Positions 50,197 through 63,426 of a stretch of DNA of 64,000 bases are shown piece by piece. A program made the translations under genes and the position numbers. The DNA comes from Squalus acanthias (lineage: Eukaryota). The notes under the pieces were generated by a model. It was not told where the DNA came from. It did not search any database and was given only the letters and a program-made list of their open reading frames with translations. The stretch covers positions 13,704,001 to 13,768,000 of the forward strand of contig CM059433.1 of NCBI GenBank assembly GCA_030390025.1, written 5' to 3'. Positions within the stretch are counted from its first letter, which is position 1. Every line of letters begins with the position of its first letter.

Positions 50197-51589
50197 TAGA
50201 AACATAGAAAAATAGGAGCAGGAGTAGGCCATCTGGCCCTTCGAGCCTGCTCCATCATTCAATATGATCATGGCTGATCCTCTATCTCAATACCATATTC
50301 CCGCTCTCTCCCCATACCCCTTGATGCCTTTTGTGTCTAGAAATCTATCTATCTATATATTCAGTGACTTGGCCTCCACAGCCTTCTGGGGTAGAGAATT
50401 CCGCAGGTTCACCACCCACTGGGTGAAGAAATTTCTCCTCATCTCAGTCCTAAATGTCCTACCCCGTATCCTGAGACTGTGACCCCTCGTTCTAGACCCC
50501 CCAGCCATGGGAAACATCCTCCCTGCATCCAGTCTGTCTAGCTCTGTCAGAATTTTATACGTTTCAATGAGATCCCCTCTCATTCTTCTAAACTCTAGTG
50601 AATACAGGTCTAGTCGACCCAATCTCTCCTCATACGACAGTCCTGCCATCCCAGGAATCAGTCTGGTGAACCTTTGCTGCACTCCCTCTATGGCAAGTAT
50701 ATCCTTTCTTAGGTAAGGAGACCAAAACTGCACACAGTACTCCAGGTGTGGCCTCACCAAGGCCCTGTATAACTGTAGTAAGACATCCTTGCTCCTGTAC
50801 TCAAATCCTCTTGTAATGAAGGCCAACATACCATTTGCCTTCCTAACTGCTTGCTGCACCTGCATGTTTGCTTTCAGTGACTGGTGAACAAGGACATCGA
50901 GGTCCCTTTTTGTACATCAACATTTCCCAATCTATCACCATTTAAATAATACTCTGCCTTTCTGTTTTTCCTACCGAAGTGGATAACTTCACATTTATCC
51001 ACGTTATACTGCATCTGACATGTATTTGCCCACTCACTCAACTTGTCTAAATCGCCTTGAAGCTTCTTTTCATCCTCCTCACAACTCACAATCCCACCTA
51101 GTTTTGTGTCATCAGCAAACTTGGAAATATTACATTTGGTTCCCTCATCCAAATCATTGATATATATTGTGAATAGCTGGGGCCCAAGCACTGATCCCTG
51201 TGGTACCCCACTAGTCACCGCCTGCCACCCCGAAAAAGACCCATTTATTCCTACTCTCTGTTTCCTGTCTGTTAACCAATTTTCAATCCATGCCAGTATA
51301 TTACCTCCAATCCCATGTGCTTTAATTTTGCACACTAACCTCTTATGTGAGACTTTATCAAAGGCCTTCTGAAAATCCAAATACACCACATCCACTGGTT
51401 CTCCCTTATCTATTCTACCAGTTGCATCCTCAAAAAACTCCAGTAGGTTTGTCAAACAAGATTTCCCTTTCATAAATCCATGTTAACTTTGTCTAATCCC
51501 GTTGATATTTTCTAAGTGTCCTGTTATCACATCCTTTATAATAGACTCTAGCATTTTCCCTATTACTGATGTTAGGCTAACCGGTCTGT
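50197..51589 (-). mobile_element. 5'-truncated CR1 LINE (RT C-terminus plus tail)
   Basis: ORFs 50874-51473 (KFADDTKL) and 50353-50865. Flanked by AGGTCA on both sides. Confidence 0.92.
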
Positions 51590-53746
51590 AGGTCAATCAG
51601 CAACTATAAGGAGAGTAGACAAGTCAGTATTCTGTGTGTATGCCCTTTATTATAATGAAAACCTAGTCCATTTGCTCTTCATTTCAGAGTTTGGGTGGAG
51701 TGTGCAGTTAACAGAAATAAGTATGTTTATTAAAACATGAATAATGACGGGTTTATAAGCAAAACGTGAACCTGTTCGTTCTCTTTACAGATGCCAACTG
51801 ACTTGCTGTGTAGTTCCAGCATTTCCATGATTATTGGCTGGATCGAGGATCAGTTAATTTTGGAATAGATGACTGTAATATATTAAACTACATTCACCAT
51901 TGTGGAGCCTGATAAAACAAGCTTCAGAAAATGTGTTGTTCAGATGATGGCCAGCAAGGCCTATCTGAATGGTTCTCTGTAATTTTTCATTCAAATTGAT
52001 ATACTTACTTCTTTTACGTTTAATAAAAAGACTTATTTCTGTTCACCCTTATGCTGTGCACTCCACTCAGACTTACTAATAAAGAGGAAAAGAACTAGGT
52101 TTATCATGAAGAAATCATGTGGCTGAAACCTGTTCTGGATTAGAGACAGTTAACTAAACTAATTAGGAACAGGGGAACAGGAGGAGGCCATTCATCCCCT
52201 CGAGCCTATTCCATCATTCAGTTAGATCATGGCTGATCTGTACCTCAATGGCATTTACCCACCTTAGCTCCAGATCCATGATACCCTTACCTAACAAAAA
52301 TCTATCAATCTCAGATTACGTGTGAAATGAATGGGCTGTGCTGTAGGAAATGAAAGGGAAACTACAATTACTATCATGCTTGAAAGAGCAAAGAATGTGT
52401 TCCTAGTTTAATTGGACATGATTACATTGATACAAAAGTCCAGTGGATTACAGGATTCAGTTTTCAGGAACCCTGTATATTGTCAATGTGAAACACTTTT
52501 TCCATACTGCATTGTGACCTTGTCATGTTCAGTGTGCAAGTTACATCATTCAGTTAGAGAAAGCATTGCTGTACTGAGATCAAAGCTGAAAACTGCATAG
52601 TTAGAAAAACAGTTGAAGAACCTATACCCCTTTTCATTCTATTCACAGTGGATTTTAAATATGAAAACCTGCTCTCGTCAATATGAATCAATTAAAAACC
52701 ACTAAAAGTGAAACTGGCATTCATCCTGACAAACATGATTTCTTTCAGAAAGGTCTGCATGGTTGCTGTGAAGAATTTTATTGACTTGGATATTTTATAT
52801 GAGCCCCCAAAAAAATCACTGACGCAGATAATGCAACATTTGAGATCAAAGACATTTTCCAAAGGGACACTTCTCTATGAATTTTTTTTTTTTTAGCTTT
52901 GATCCATTTACGCACATATAGGTGCAAATACATGGGCAAATTAAACCAGATATGAAGACTGGAAAATGCAGCCCACAAATGATTTCAGCTGATTCATCGC
53001 TGTGGGTACTCGTGATCTTCAGTGGATATCAAGCGTAGAGGTATTGACTCACCGAGGTAAACAGTCAAAATGTTTGTGCTTTTAACTGCAGGTCACACAG
53101 GGTTGAGTGATTTTGCATTTTGTGAGTAAAGTGCATCGAACACTCTGAATGCCTTTTGAGGGATTTGCTTCGACTTCACAGACTAATGCAGCTCTCCAAA
53201 ATGCATCTTGATTCCCCTCTCAAGAATGCTAATGTTCCCTGTTTGCATTACTAATGAGCGTGGGATATCTCTTACTTCCTGACCTGCATCACTAACCTGT
53301 GTTTTTAAAAGCAGAAGGAACATTCTTTTGTGGTATTAAACTAAAACCAACCCACTCTTGAAGTTCCTTTTTCTGCTCACACTCACCAGAGTTCCTTCTC
53401 TGTCTCCTTTTAATGTAATACGATGTTTGGGAGAGGCTGAATTGAACTTAATATTAAAAGGGGTGATATTATTTGTGCAATGAATGAATTCTTCACTTTA
53501 AAATCTAAATAGAAAGCTTACAGAATCAAAAGGTTATTCTGCGGTGCTATTTTTGATACAATTCGTCAGTCTTGAACTTACTTTGTGTTCGGTGAGTGCT
53601 GGATAAGTGTCTGAAATTCCTTCTCTACTTTAACGGAGGCACTAACCGTTTTAAAATAAAGGGTTAAAACAGTGAACAAGAATTTCATAGGAACGTGTTA
53701 AGCATTTGTACACTAATATTACAAGCAGCAATTTGAAAGCCATGTT

Positions 53747-54190
53747 GGGCGCGAAATTCGGATTTGGGGGGCGCTACCTTTTAACTTTTTGAAAAGTTAG
53801 TGCCCGGTGAAATCCATTGAAAAATGTTGCAAAATTGGGCATTTTCGCCCCAGGAGTGAAGCGGGGCGCTAATGGTCTGAGTGGGGCGCGGCAGGGGCGC
53901 TATTGCCAGAGCGCTACCCAATTTCAGCTGATTGAGACAGCTTTGTGCCATGGCTTCTGCAAGGGAGAGGGAGAGAGCTACTCGATTCAGCGATGCGGAA
54001 TTGGATATGTTCAGCAGCTTGTCTGACAGTGTCTCAGCAGCGTTATGGCCGACGAAAAAAGATTTCCCCAAGATGGCGCCTTTAAATAGCGCGCGCGGAG
54101 CCGACTCCCGGCTGCCACTCGGCAGCTGATGCTGTCGTTGTTAGCGCCAGGCGGTAAGTGCTGTCCTGCTGCCTCTGCTTCCCCGCTGTT
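53747..54190 (+). mobile_element. Partial Harbinger-type element with a Myb/SANT start fragment
   Basis: GGGCGCGAAATTCG terminus and GCGCTA subterminal motifs. MASARERERATRFSDAELDM at ~53950-54010 parallels RAAPRFSDDSL at 33019. Confidence 0.55.
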
Positions 54191-54868
54191 TTGCCTTTCT
54201 ACCCAGTCTCATTTCACTGAATGATGCTTTTGAGGATATTATCAAACTAAAATATCCGTCACTCGCACTCCTCAAATGGAGCTTCATTGAACTGCCAATG
54301 AAACGCATCTGAACAACCATCGAAACAAGCCTTTTGGTTTCATTCCATTGAATTGGATAGTCTCTGAGGAGTTAACAAGGTTTTGTTCAATGACAACAGC
54401 AATAAGGGTGATGGATTTATAATCATATCACTGGCTCACTCTGTTTCAAATGTAAGCCAGAAATAGAATGGTACACATCAATAGCTTATTTCATTTTATT
54501 TAGTCCTGTCTTGCATTTCTCTCAGCTCTCTCAGGGTGTATTATTGATGGTGGTATATTTTCAAGATTTCTGTAACACATCAATCCCAGTCTTGTACAAC
54601 ATTTAAGTCAAAATAAATGTAAAAAGTTTTTGATAAAATAAGGTGGAGATGCCCACCTTCTGATTCGCATTGAAGGTCATTTCACAACTGCTTGTGTCTG
54701 TCAAATCCAAAGTAAAATTTAAATCTGTAGTTTTATTTTTTCCTTATATTTGAGCCACGCATGAAAGTCCTGCCTTTCTGGGGAAATTCATTGTCCAGCA
54801 ATTCATTGAAAATCATACAGAATAAAACGGAGATATCTGTAGAGTTGAAGTTAGCCTTGTAGAAACTT

Positions 54869-55529
54869 GGGGGGGGGGGGGGCGGAAATTGGGTGGCGTC
54901 CATTTTGGGGGCCATTTTGGTGCCCCGAAAAAGTTAGCGGCCCTCCGCCGTAAATTCAGTAGTAGCGCCCCAAGCAGGAGGTGGGGCGCTACTGGAAAGC
55001 ACTCCACCTCCTTCCTGGGGCGCTACTACTGAATTTTGCGGCGCTACGTGCGACAGCGCCGTCTTTGCAGGCCTCCTCCCCTGATTAAAGGGGAGGGGCC
55101 TAGCACTGCACACACCGAGGAGTGCCAGGCTGAACGATCGCGGCCAGCACCCCGCGTATAAAATCGAAAGGGGGCAGGTGCTGGCAGTCGGCCAAAATAA
55201 AAATGGCCGCCCGACACCTGCCCTTTAAGTAGCGCCACTGCCTCTGCAAAACCGCCCCCTGATCCTGTCACACATATCGTCCGACGATAGATCAGGGGGC
55301 GCAGGGGAAATTTGTGGCTGGGGCGCAAGCGGGGCGCTGCACACGGCGATGACGTCATTACCGGTGGTGCAGCGACGCAGGGCGCTACCGGCTACCGCCA
55401 CCGCTAACCTCCCGCTGAATTTTGCGGGAGGCGTTAGCGGCGCCGCGCCCAGGCGCTAGGGGATTTGCGCCCCGTTAGTGCCCCCCGGAGGTGCTAATGA
55501 GAGGCGCAAACCAACCCAATTTTCCCCCC
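54869..55529. mobile_element. PIF/Harbinger-type MITE, family C
   Basis: Collinear with 7785-8472. The left TIR has an expanded poly-G; the right TIR is ACCCAATTTTCCCCC. TSD is CTT or TTG. Confidence 0.8.
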
Positions 55530-56159
55530 TTGTAATAAAAACAGAAAAATCGGATAAAGTGCAGTACCTCTGTCTGTAAACAGAAAAGATGGTGTTACGC
55601 TTTTGGGTTGTCATGCTGGATATAAAAAAAAGCCTTGCATTTATATAGCGCCTTTCATGAGCTCAGGACGTCCCAAACAGCAAGATCCCACAAACAGCAG
55701 TGAGATAATTGACCAGATTATCTGATTTTTAATGATTTTGATGGAGGGATAAATATTACCCAGGACACCAGGACAACTCCCCTGCTTTTCCTTGAATAGT
55801 ACCACAGTGCTTTTATGTCCACCTTGTGAGGGTTATAATATAAATACAGCTTGGATCCAGAGTCAGTGCCAACATTATCCCACATTGAGGTAGACCGAGG
55901 CTGCTTGGAGGAGGGAGTCTGTTTCGGCCTTCACACCCAATCCGCACTCCAGCTTCAGCATCGTTGCAAAGCAGTTCCAGCTTCGCACCGCCTTTGTGAA
56001 GGCACTAATTCCAGAAATCCACTCAAAACAATGCAACAGCATTGAATTATAGAATTATAGAATCATACAGCGCAGATGTCCCCAAGGTGATCACTGCATA
56101 GAGGCAAGATTGTTCTATGAATCTGGCACATGCGAATGATAAAGGATTCATTTTACGCT

Positions 56160-56290
56160 TACAGTAAATAACAAAAACTGCAGTTGGTCTTTTTTTTAAT
56201 AAAATTCACTTTATTGGAAAAAAATTTGTACAAAATTAATGCTCTTTTATAAGCATCAAAGCTGCTTTCAAATTTCAAAAAAAGTACAAG
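56160..56290 (-). terminator. Candidate poly(A) site of an upstream minus-strand gene
   Basis: Minus-strand AATAAA (56210-56215), downstream U/GU-rich GTTTTTGTTATTT (~56166-56178) and upstream TGTA motifs. It lies at the edge of an AT-rich, repeat-poor, 3'UTR-like block. Confidence 0.35.
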
Positions 56291-57704
56291 CCATTTACTA
56301 ATGATTTTTTTTTTCAAATTTACACTATACATACACAGTCTGAACTATATAAAAGAGTTTCTGCGTACAAAAATTTATATATATTTCCAATGAATTTACA
56401 CATAATAATATAGACTGAATGCTTAAAAATAACATCTGATGTGTTGTAACTTGTTGCTATTCAGACCGCAAGCAATGAATAGATTACTGCCTACATGGTG
56501 CAAATATAAAAGACTTTGCCACAATTCACCATTCGATTGTATATTCAATGATTCAGTCATAAGAATACAGTCTATTTGCATTAATCCAAGCAAAGATATG
56601 TGCAGAAAATAACCAATTTGCCTAATTATTGGCTTAAATTATTGGTGCATAATTAGAGCTGTCCACAAGCACAAAAAGAAATAGGCTGTTTATTCAGTGT
56701 AGCAAAGAAACAAGTATAAAATGATACTTAAAGTAGTAGTACTGGTGACTGAGAAGGCTTTCGCAAAGCAATGTTGTTTCGGCGGATTCTAATGTGTTCT
56801 GGACTCTGTGTTAGTATTGAGCAAATCTGTTAACTATGCTGATCCTGCGGGCCGAGTTTTTCTGTTGAATTTGGATCAGCAGGTGTGTCAAACATTTCAA
56901 TATTTCTCAGCTACTCTCGAAACGACGTTGAACGACTGCTGGGTATACAAAAATAATTAAACAGAAGCCCAGGATCACTGCATGCATTCTTCAACACTAA
57001 GACACAGATTTTTCCATGGTGTCGATTGACTGTAAAATCATTTATTTCAGCAGATCATCTGAATCCATCTAATGACTATTTTAAAGGTGAGACGTTTCAT
57101 GGTAATTCTCCAAATGTTGCAAAACGTGGCAAATAAATGAAGCACATGCCCCTACTTCGATTCATGCATGTTCAGCTCTAAGCGGTTAACTATTAATAAC
57201 TCTTAACCCAGACATTGCTCAGGGTTACATTACACAAACATCAATTTTTTTTTTTATTGCACAGTTAAATGAGAAATCACAAGATGAAATTTAACCTAAA
57301 CCTACTGGATCACACATCTTGTGCAATCGCAGATTGCCGACACTGAATGAGTTCGAAATGTGTGGCATCAATCAGAAAAAGAAATGCGGAACAAACTGAA
57401 AACTTCAATTTACTTGAACAGTGTGTGTACTTGGTGGGATTATAAAGGTCTAAGAAATGCTGAAAATGGCACTTAAGCATAACTGAACTTCCTTAAATAG
57501 AAACGGCATCGTCTGAAAAAAACAAAGAGGTTAATGTTCTGGCTGGGAACCTTCAGCGGAACAGGTTCCATGGGGGAGTCACATCCAGAAGATGAACCTG
57601 TCTGACCACCCCACTGTGCAATTTCTAGCACTTTATGTTCTTATTTCAGATTTCTAGCATTTGCAGTTTTTCTGCTTATCTCTGAAGTGTAAAGTGGTCA
57701 TTTG

Positions 57705-58320
57705 AATTACATAGACTTACGTAGACTTTACAGCACAGGAACAGGCCATTCGGCCGGACTGCACTATGCTGGCGTTTAATGCTCCACGCGAGCCCTCTTC
57801 ATCTAATCCTATCAGCATATCCTTCGATTCCTTTTTCCCTCATGCGTTTATCTAGCTTCCCTTAAATTCATCGATGCTATTTGCCTCAACCAGTCCTTGT
57901 GGTAGCGAGTTCCACATTCTGACCACTCTTTGGGTGAAGAAGTTTCCCCTGAATTCCCTATTTGATTTATTGGTGACTATCTTATATCTATGGCCACAAG
58001 TGGAAACATCTTTTCTACATCTACCCTATCAAACTCCTTCATAATTTTAAAGACTTCTATTCGGTCAGCCCCCAGCCTTCTCTTTTCTAGAGAAAAGAGT
58101 CCCAGGTTGTTCAGCCTTTCCTGATATGTATAACCTCTTCTGATGAAAGGTCATCGACCTGAAACGTTAACTCTCTTTCTCTCTCCACGGATGCTGCCTG
58201 GCCTGCTGAGTTTTTCCAGCGTTTTCTGTTGTTATTTTGTATAACCTCTTTGTTCTGGTATCATCCTTGTAAATCTTTTTTTCACCTTCTCCAGTTCCTT
58301 TCTATAATATGGAGACCAGA
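57705..58320 (-). mobile_element. CR1 LINE 3' fragment hosting a Penelope-type insert
   Basis: Reverse-complement similarity to 17410-17930. Confidence 0.8.
58140..58237 (+). mobile_element. 98-bp Penelope-type fragment (second family) with hammerhead core, inserted in a CR1 remnant
   Basis: 13-bp TSD TGTATAACCTCTT (58127-58139 and 58238-58250). Starts CTGATGA-A-AGGTC-ATC-GACCT-GAAA-CG-TT-AACT, with palindrome AACGTT. The 5' arm of stem I is mostly lost by truncation. Confidence 0.7.
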
Positions 58321-58902
58321 AGATATATGGTATGGTAGAAGATATCTGTCAGGCTACAACTGGAGCTAGAATTTATATTTATCCATATTAATGTTGTAAT
58401 ATTTTATACTTTGAATTAACTTGCCTTATGTTCTGCTCAATCTAGCTTTTTAAATTAGATTTTAATGGACATTTTGCATGGTGCTGTTATTCTTGGAAAC
58501 TCCTTTCGACCACCTGGGATTTTTTTTTAAACTTGGCTTTCCATTGGAATGCAATTATATTGTGTGAGCCAATCTCTTGGAGGCGGTCTCCCATATCGTG
58601 GCATAACGTAGTCTACAGTCAGTTTCCGAATCTGTACCGGGAATTTTGTTGCGGGGTCTCCAGATTTCAGTGGAAACCCCGGATGGACGTGTAAATGGGG
58701 TTTCCGCCAATGTTCCCCTGAAGTTATGGTGGTCAGTCGCTAGAACCACTGAGGAAATTCCTGGTGGAGATGTCTAAATTATACTTCTGGTCTGGCATCA
58801 TTGTGCATTCAAAACTGCTTCACATTGATGAAAAACCAGTAATATAACTGACCAACACAACTCTCGGAATAACAAACATGATTTGATTTTTTTCAAATAT
58901 TA

Positions 58903-59630
58903 CATAGGAACAGGAGTAGGTCATTCAGCCCCTCGAGCCTTTTCTGCCATTCAACTTGATCATGGCTGACTTGTACCTCAATTCCATTTACCCTTCTTTA
59001 ATCTGTATCCCTTGATAACCTTACCTAACAAAAATCTACCGATCTCAGTCATGACAATTTCAATTTGCTCAGCCTCCACAACCTTTTCGAGGAGAGAATT
59101 CCAGATTTCACCTACCTTTGTGTGAAAAAATGCTTTCTGATTTCGCTCCTAAATGGCCTAGCTCTAATTTTAAGATTGTGCCCCCTTGTTCTGGATTCAT
59201 CCCACCAGAGGAATCTATTCTATAAATCCCTGTATCATTTTAAACACCTTGATTATATCGCTCCTCAACCTTCTAAGCTCAAGGAAATATAAGTCAAATG
59301 TTTGCAACCTGTCCTCATAATATAATCCTTTTAAGCCCTGGTATACTTCTGGTGCATTTGTGCTGTACTCTCTCAAAGGGCAATAACTCCTTCCTGAAAT
59401 GAGGTGCCCAGAACTGAATGCAATACTCCAGATGGGATCTGCCCAAGGCTCTGTACAACTGAAGCATCACTTCCTTCTCTTTGTATTCCAGTCCCTTGAG
59501 ATAAAGGCCAAGGTTCCATTAGCCTTTATGATTACTTTTCATACCAGTGTACTAGCTTTTATTGATTTGTGTACATAGAGAACCAAATCCCTTTGCTTCT
59601 GGTCTCACACCATTTAAAAAATAATGTCCA
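58903..59630 (-). mobile_element. Decayed CR1 LINE 3' fragment
   Basis: CR1 tail GGAGTAGG...CCCTCGAGCC and RT C-terminal remnants. Confidence 0.78.
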
Positions 59631-61747
59631 AACCTATTTCTTTGTATTGCAATGTAAAATATCCTGATTGAAATGGTATCGATAAAATTGTATCCCAACT
59701 AAACAATGCATTTTGAGAAGATTCTTTATCAGCGTTCACTTGAGTATCATGTAGCTGAGGTCCTTCTCTAGCCATAGTAACTGGCTTAACATCTCTTTGG
59801 CCACGAAATCGCTCTGTATGAAGATTAGCCAAATGTTTAAGACATTCTCATGAAACTCCTTGGCCCACTAATGTAACAGCTCTGTTAAGATTTCAGACCA
59901 AGAAATTTCATACCATGAAGTTATACACTAATCTTCAGACAGCACAATTTCAAAGCTCTTATGAATAGGGTCTTCCAGGTAATAATTGAAAGTTTAAAAG
60001 CAATGCTTTCTTTTAAAAATTGGTCCAGTAACATTCACCAGATATCTTTAACATGCTCGGAAAACACTGTACATTATAGTATTTACCAGTGGTAAAGAAG
60101 ATCTGCACCAATATATTACTTTACTTTCATTATAAAAACCTGCCAAGACTAAATTCAAATTAACTGCAACTTTTTCTTTAGCAATAAGAACTACTCCAAG
60201 AAGCAAATGCAGTAATCAATTCCCGTGCTTTGAATTTAATACAAACTGGGCCCAGCAATCTTAAAAAACAATCGTGTAATAGTAAATAAATAAGTTTGTA
60301 GTGAAATGGAGCAAGAAGTCAGAAATAACTTGTACCAATATGAAAAACAGTTTATGCATTGTACATCAGCTTGAAATGTGGCTAATTCACCCAGAGTATG
60401 TAAAGAGATGTATGCATTGTTGTGAAGCCTTGGGGAAAATGAATGAAGCTTGTACCACCTTCAATCATTGACATTAAGCTGTGGGATATAGCATATAAAC
60501 ACTTAACAAATTGCTCTCTCTGCTATTTCAGTGGAGATATTAACCCGTTTAATGCTGCTGCTAAAACAGCAAAGAGAAAAAATGCAAACAAACATGCTAA
60601 ATATTTGTATGCTGGTATCCCACAGCATATTTTAAAGGTCTTTATATTTACAATCCAGTCTTTAGAAAGCACCTGCCAATAACCATTTATTATTTTCTCA
60701 AGCAAACTGGCTTAAATGTAATCTGTCCATTATCAATCCATGTCTGTTGTGAAAATATCCTTTCCACAAGTGAGATATAGATCCTTGTTCTTCAATTGTG
60801 TCAGCAACGACACAGCTTGGATGTACATAGTGCCTTAATTGTAACAAGATATCCTGAAGTGCTTGGGAAACTGGAGACTAAGTGAAAGAAGGGAAGATAA
60901 GAGGGATCACAGGTGGGTATTAAGAAGGGTCCTAAAGAAGGAGAGAGTTGGATGAGTTTGAGCAAGGAATTCCAGAGTGTCAGGGTCTAGCTGACCGCTA
61001 ATGGTGGGGTGAAGGGATGGGATGGGATGGGGCGGGGACGCACAAGAGGCCAGTGTCGGAGGAACGGAGAGTTTGGTGGGGAAGACATTGTCGGGATGGA
61101 GGAGATTACAAAGATAAGGAAGAGTGAGGTCCTGGAGGCATTTAAACAGAAAGATTAGAGTTTTAAATTTAAGTCCATGTGGGAACTGGGAACTAACGTA
61201 GGCCAGTGAGGACAGAGGTGATGGACAGGCATGACTTGGTGCAGGATAGGAAATGGGCAGCAGAGTTATGGTTGAGCTGTAGTTTTCAGAAGATGGAGTG
61301 AGTATAGGAGGTCAGTCAGGAGAGCATTGGAAAAATAAGGCTGGAGGTAGCAAAGAAATAAATGAGGTTTTAGTGGCAGATGAGATGAGGTAAGGGTGGA
61401 AGTGGGTGATGTAACTTAGGTGAAAGTAGGCAATCTTTGTGATGGAGAGGATATGGGGGTTGGAAACTCAGCTTGGGTGTAAAACAGTCTGGTTAAGTCT
61501 AAGACAGTGGCCAGGCAGGGAGATGGAGTCAGTGACAAGGGTATGGTGTTTGTACTGGTGGCCAAAGATTTGGTCTTCCCAATGTTGAGCTTATCCAAGA
61601 CTGGAAGCTAGACAAGCAGCCTGATTGCACAGAGGCAGTGGAAGGGCTGAGAGAAGTGATGGAGAGGTAGAGCTGGGTGTTATCAGCGTACCTGTGTAAG
61701 CTGACCCCATGTCTGCAGATGATGTCGCCACAGGACATCATGTAGAC

Positions 61748-62184
61748 GGGCAACACGGTGGCATAGTGGTTAGCACTGGTGCCTCACAGCGCCAGAGACC
61801 CGGGTTCGAATCTGACCTCGGGTGACTGTCTGTGTGGAGTTTGCACATTCTCCCCGTGTCTGCGTGGGTTTCCTCCGGGTGCTCCGGTTTCCTCCCACAG
61901 TCCAAAAATGTGTGGGTTAGGTTGATTTGGCTATGATAAATTGACCCTTAGTGTTAGGGGGGATTAAATATGTGGGGTTATGGGGATAGGATGGGATATG
62001 TTAGGGGGAATTAAATACGTGGGGTTACGGGGGTAGGGTGGGATATGTGTACTGTGGGGATTAAAGCAGCGGACAGGGTACTGGATTTGGATGATCAGCC
62101 ATGATCGTATTGAATGGCGGAGCAGGTTCGACGGGCCGAATGGCCTACTCCTGCTCCTAGATTCTATGTTTCTATGTTTCTATG
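61748..62184 (+). mobile_element. tRNA-derived V-SINE (HE1-like) with a CR1-type tail
   Basis: A-box TGGCATAGTGG, B-box GGTTCGAATC, V-domain TGTGTGGAGTTTGCAC...GGGTGCTCCGGTTTCCTCCC, and a 3' end shared with CR1 tails. Confidence 0.88.
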
Positions 62185-62513
62185 GAAGAGGAAGGGGATA
62201 AGGATAGATCCTTGGGAGCTCCCAAAGTAAAGATTCAGCAGTGGGAAGAGAAGCCATTGATAGAGATGCTCTGGCTATGATTGGTCAGAGCAGAACCAAG
62301 CGAGGGCAGTCGCTCAGAGCTGGACAACAGAAGAGAATCAATGGAGGAGAATGATGTGAAAGACTAAAGCGTCGTTGAGGACAAAAGAAAGACTTGCATT
62401 TATATAGTGCCTTTCGCGACCACCAGACGTCCCAAAGCGACTGACAGTCAATGAAGTACTTTTTGAAGTATAGTCACTCTTGACAAGGAGGAAGAATGCA
62501 CCGCAGTCACAGA

Positions 62514-63426
62514 GGGGGGGAATTCTAACCTAAAAAAACAGGTGGGTTGGGGACGTGGGGGTAGTTAAATTGTTAAAATTCGAATTCCCGACCTCAACCT
62601 GCCTCCAACCCGCCCACTTCCAAATTCAACGGAGGAGGGACGGGGCTGGGGGGTGGGGGGTGTGGGGGGGGCGGGGTGCGGGGGCGGACTGCCGACCCAC
62701 TGCCAGCAGGCAGGAAGCCAATTTAAATATTATAATGAGGCTGGAAGCCTCTTTTTTATCCTTCAGTTCGTCTCTAACTTTATCTGGACGGGTTTTACAC
62801 ACTTCATAAAACCCGACAGTTACAGCAAGGCGAGGACTGGTGAATCCAGGAGGTAAGTGTCTTTCCACCTATCTCCTGGATACAGCGTCCCTGCCTAGCT
62901 CACCCCCCGCGATCGGAGACACCCTCACGAGGCCTCTGCTCGCCTTCCCAGACCTCCCCCTCCACGATCATCCTGAGGCCGGCCACGAACCTCTGGTGGC
63001 GGGCTCCGAAGTGTTCTTCCCTCCCTCCCCCATCTCCACCCCGTCCCTGATCTTTTCTTCTTCCCTCACCACCCCCTCCAGGTACCACAACGTCCCGATC
63101 TCTCCCCCCTGCCCCTGGGTCCCACGATGTCACCGATCTTCTCTTCTCTCCCCCACCCCACCCCCTCCGGAGGCCAACACCGGCCCCCACTCCATACCTC
63201 CTCCCTCCTCTGTGCGGCCTAGTGCCGTAGGCCTACCCACCTGCAGCCAGCCAGCCTCTACATCTGGTTGGCTGCGGGTGGGAAACAGAAGCTTCAGATG
63301 CAAATCAGGCCCTGCCGTTAAAGTCGACAGGGCCCGCGGGAAACCCGTTCTCCCGGGTTTCCCGTCTGCATCGGAGGCCCCCCCACCCCTCACCACCAAC
63401 CCGCCTTCCCCATAAAAATCCAGGCC
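62514..63426. mobile_element. Harbinger-type MITE inserted in an L2 remnant
   Basis: GGGGGGGAATT...AAAATCCAGGCC and TSD AGA. The host L2 reads through (GTCAC-AGA-GAATG) when it is removed. Confidence 0.7.

Noticed and set aside
61748..61820. tRNA-like sequence with A and B boxes
   Set aside because: It is the head of a V-SINE running into the V-domain and CR1 tail, not a tRNA gene. The same applies to the heads at ~5260-5330 and ~48685-48750.
62840..63415. 191-aa proline-rich ORF
   Set aside because: It is a by-product of the C-rich interior of a MITE and has no recognisable domain.
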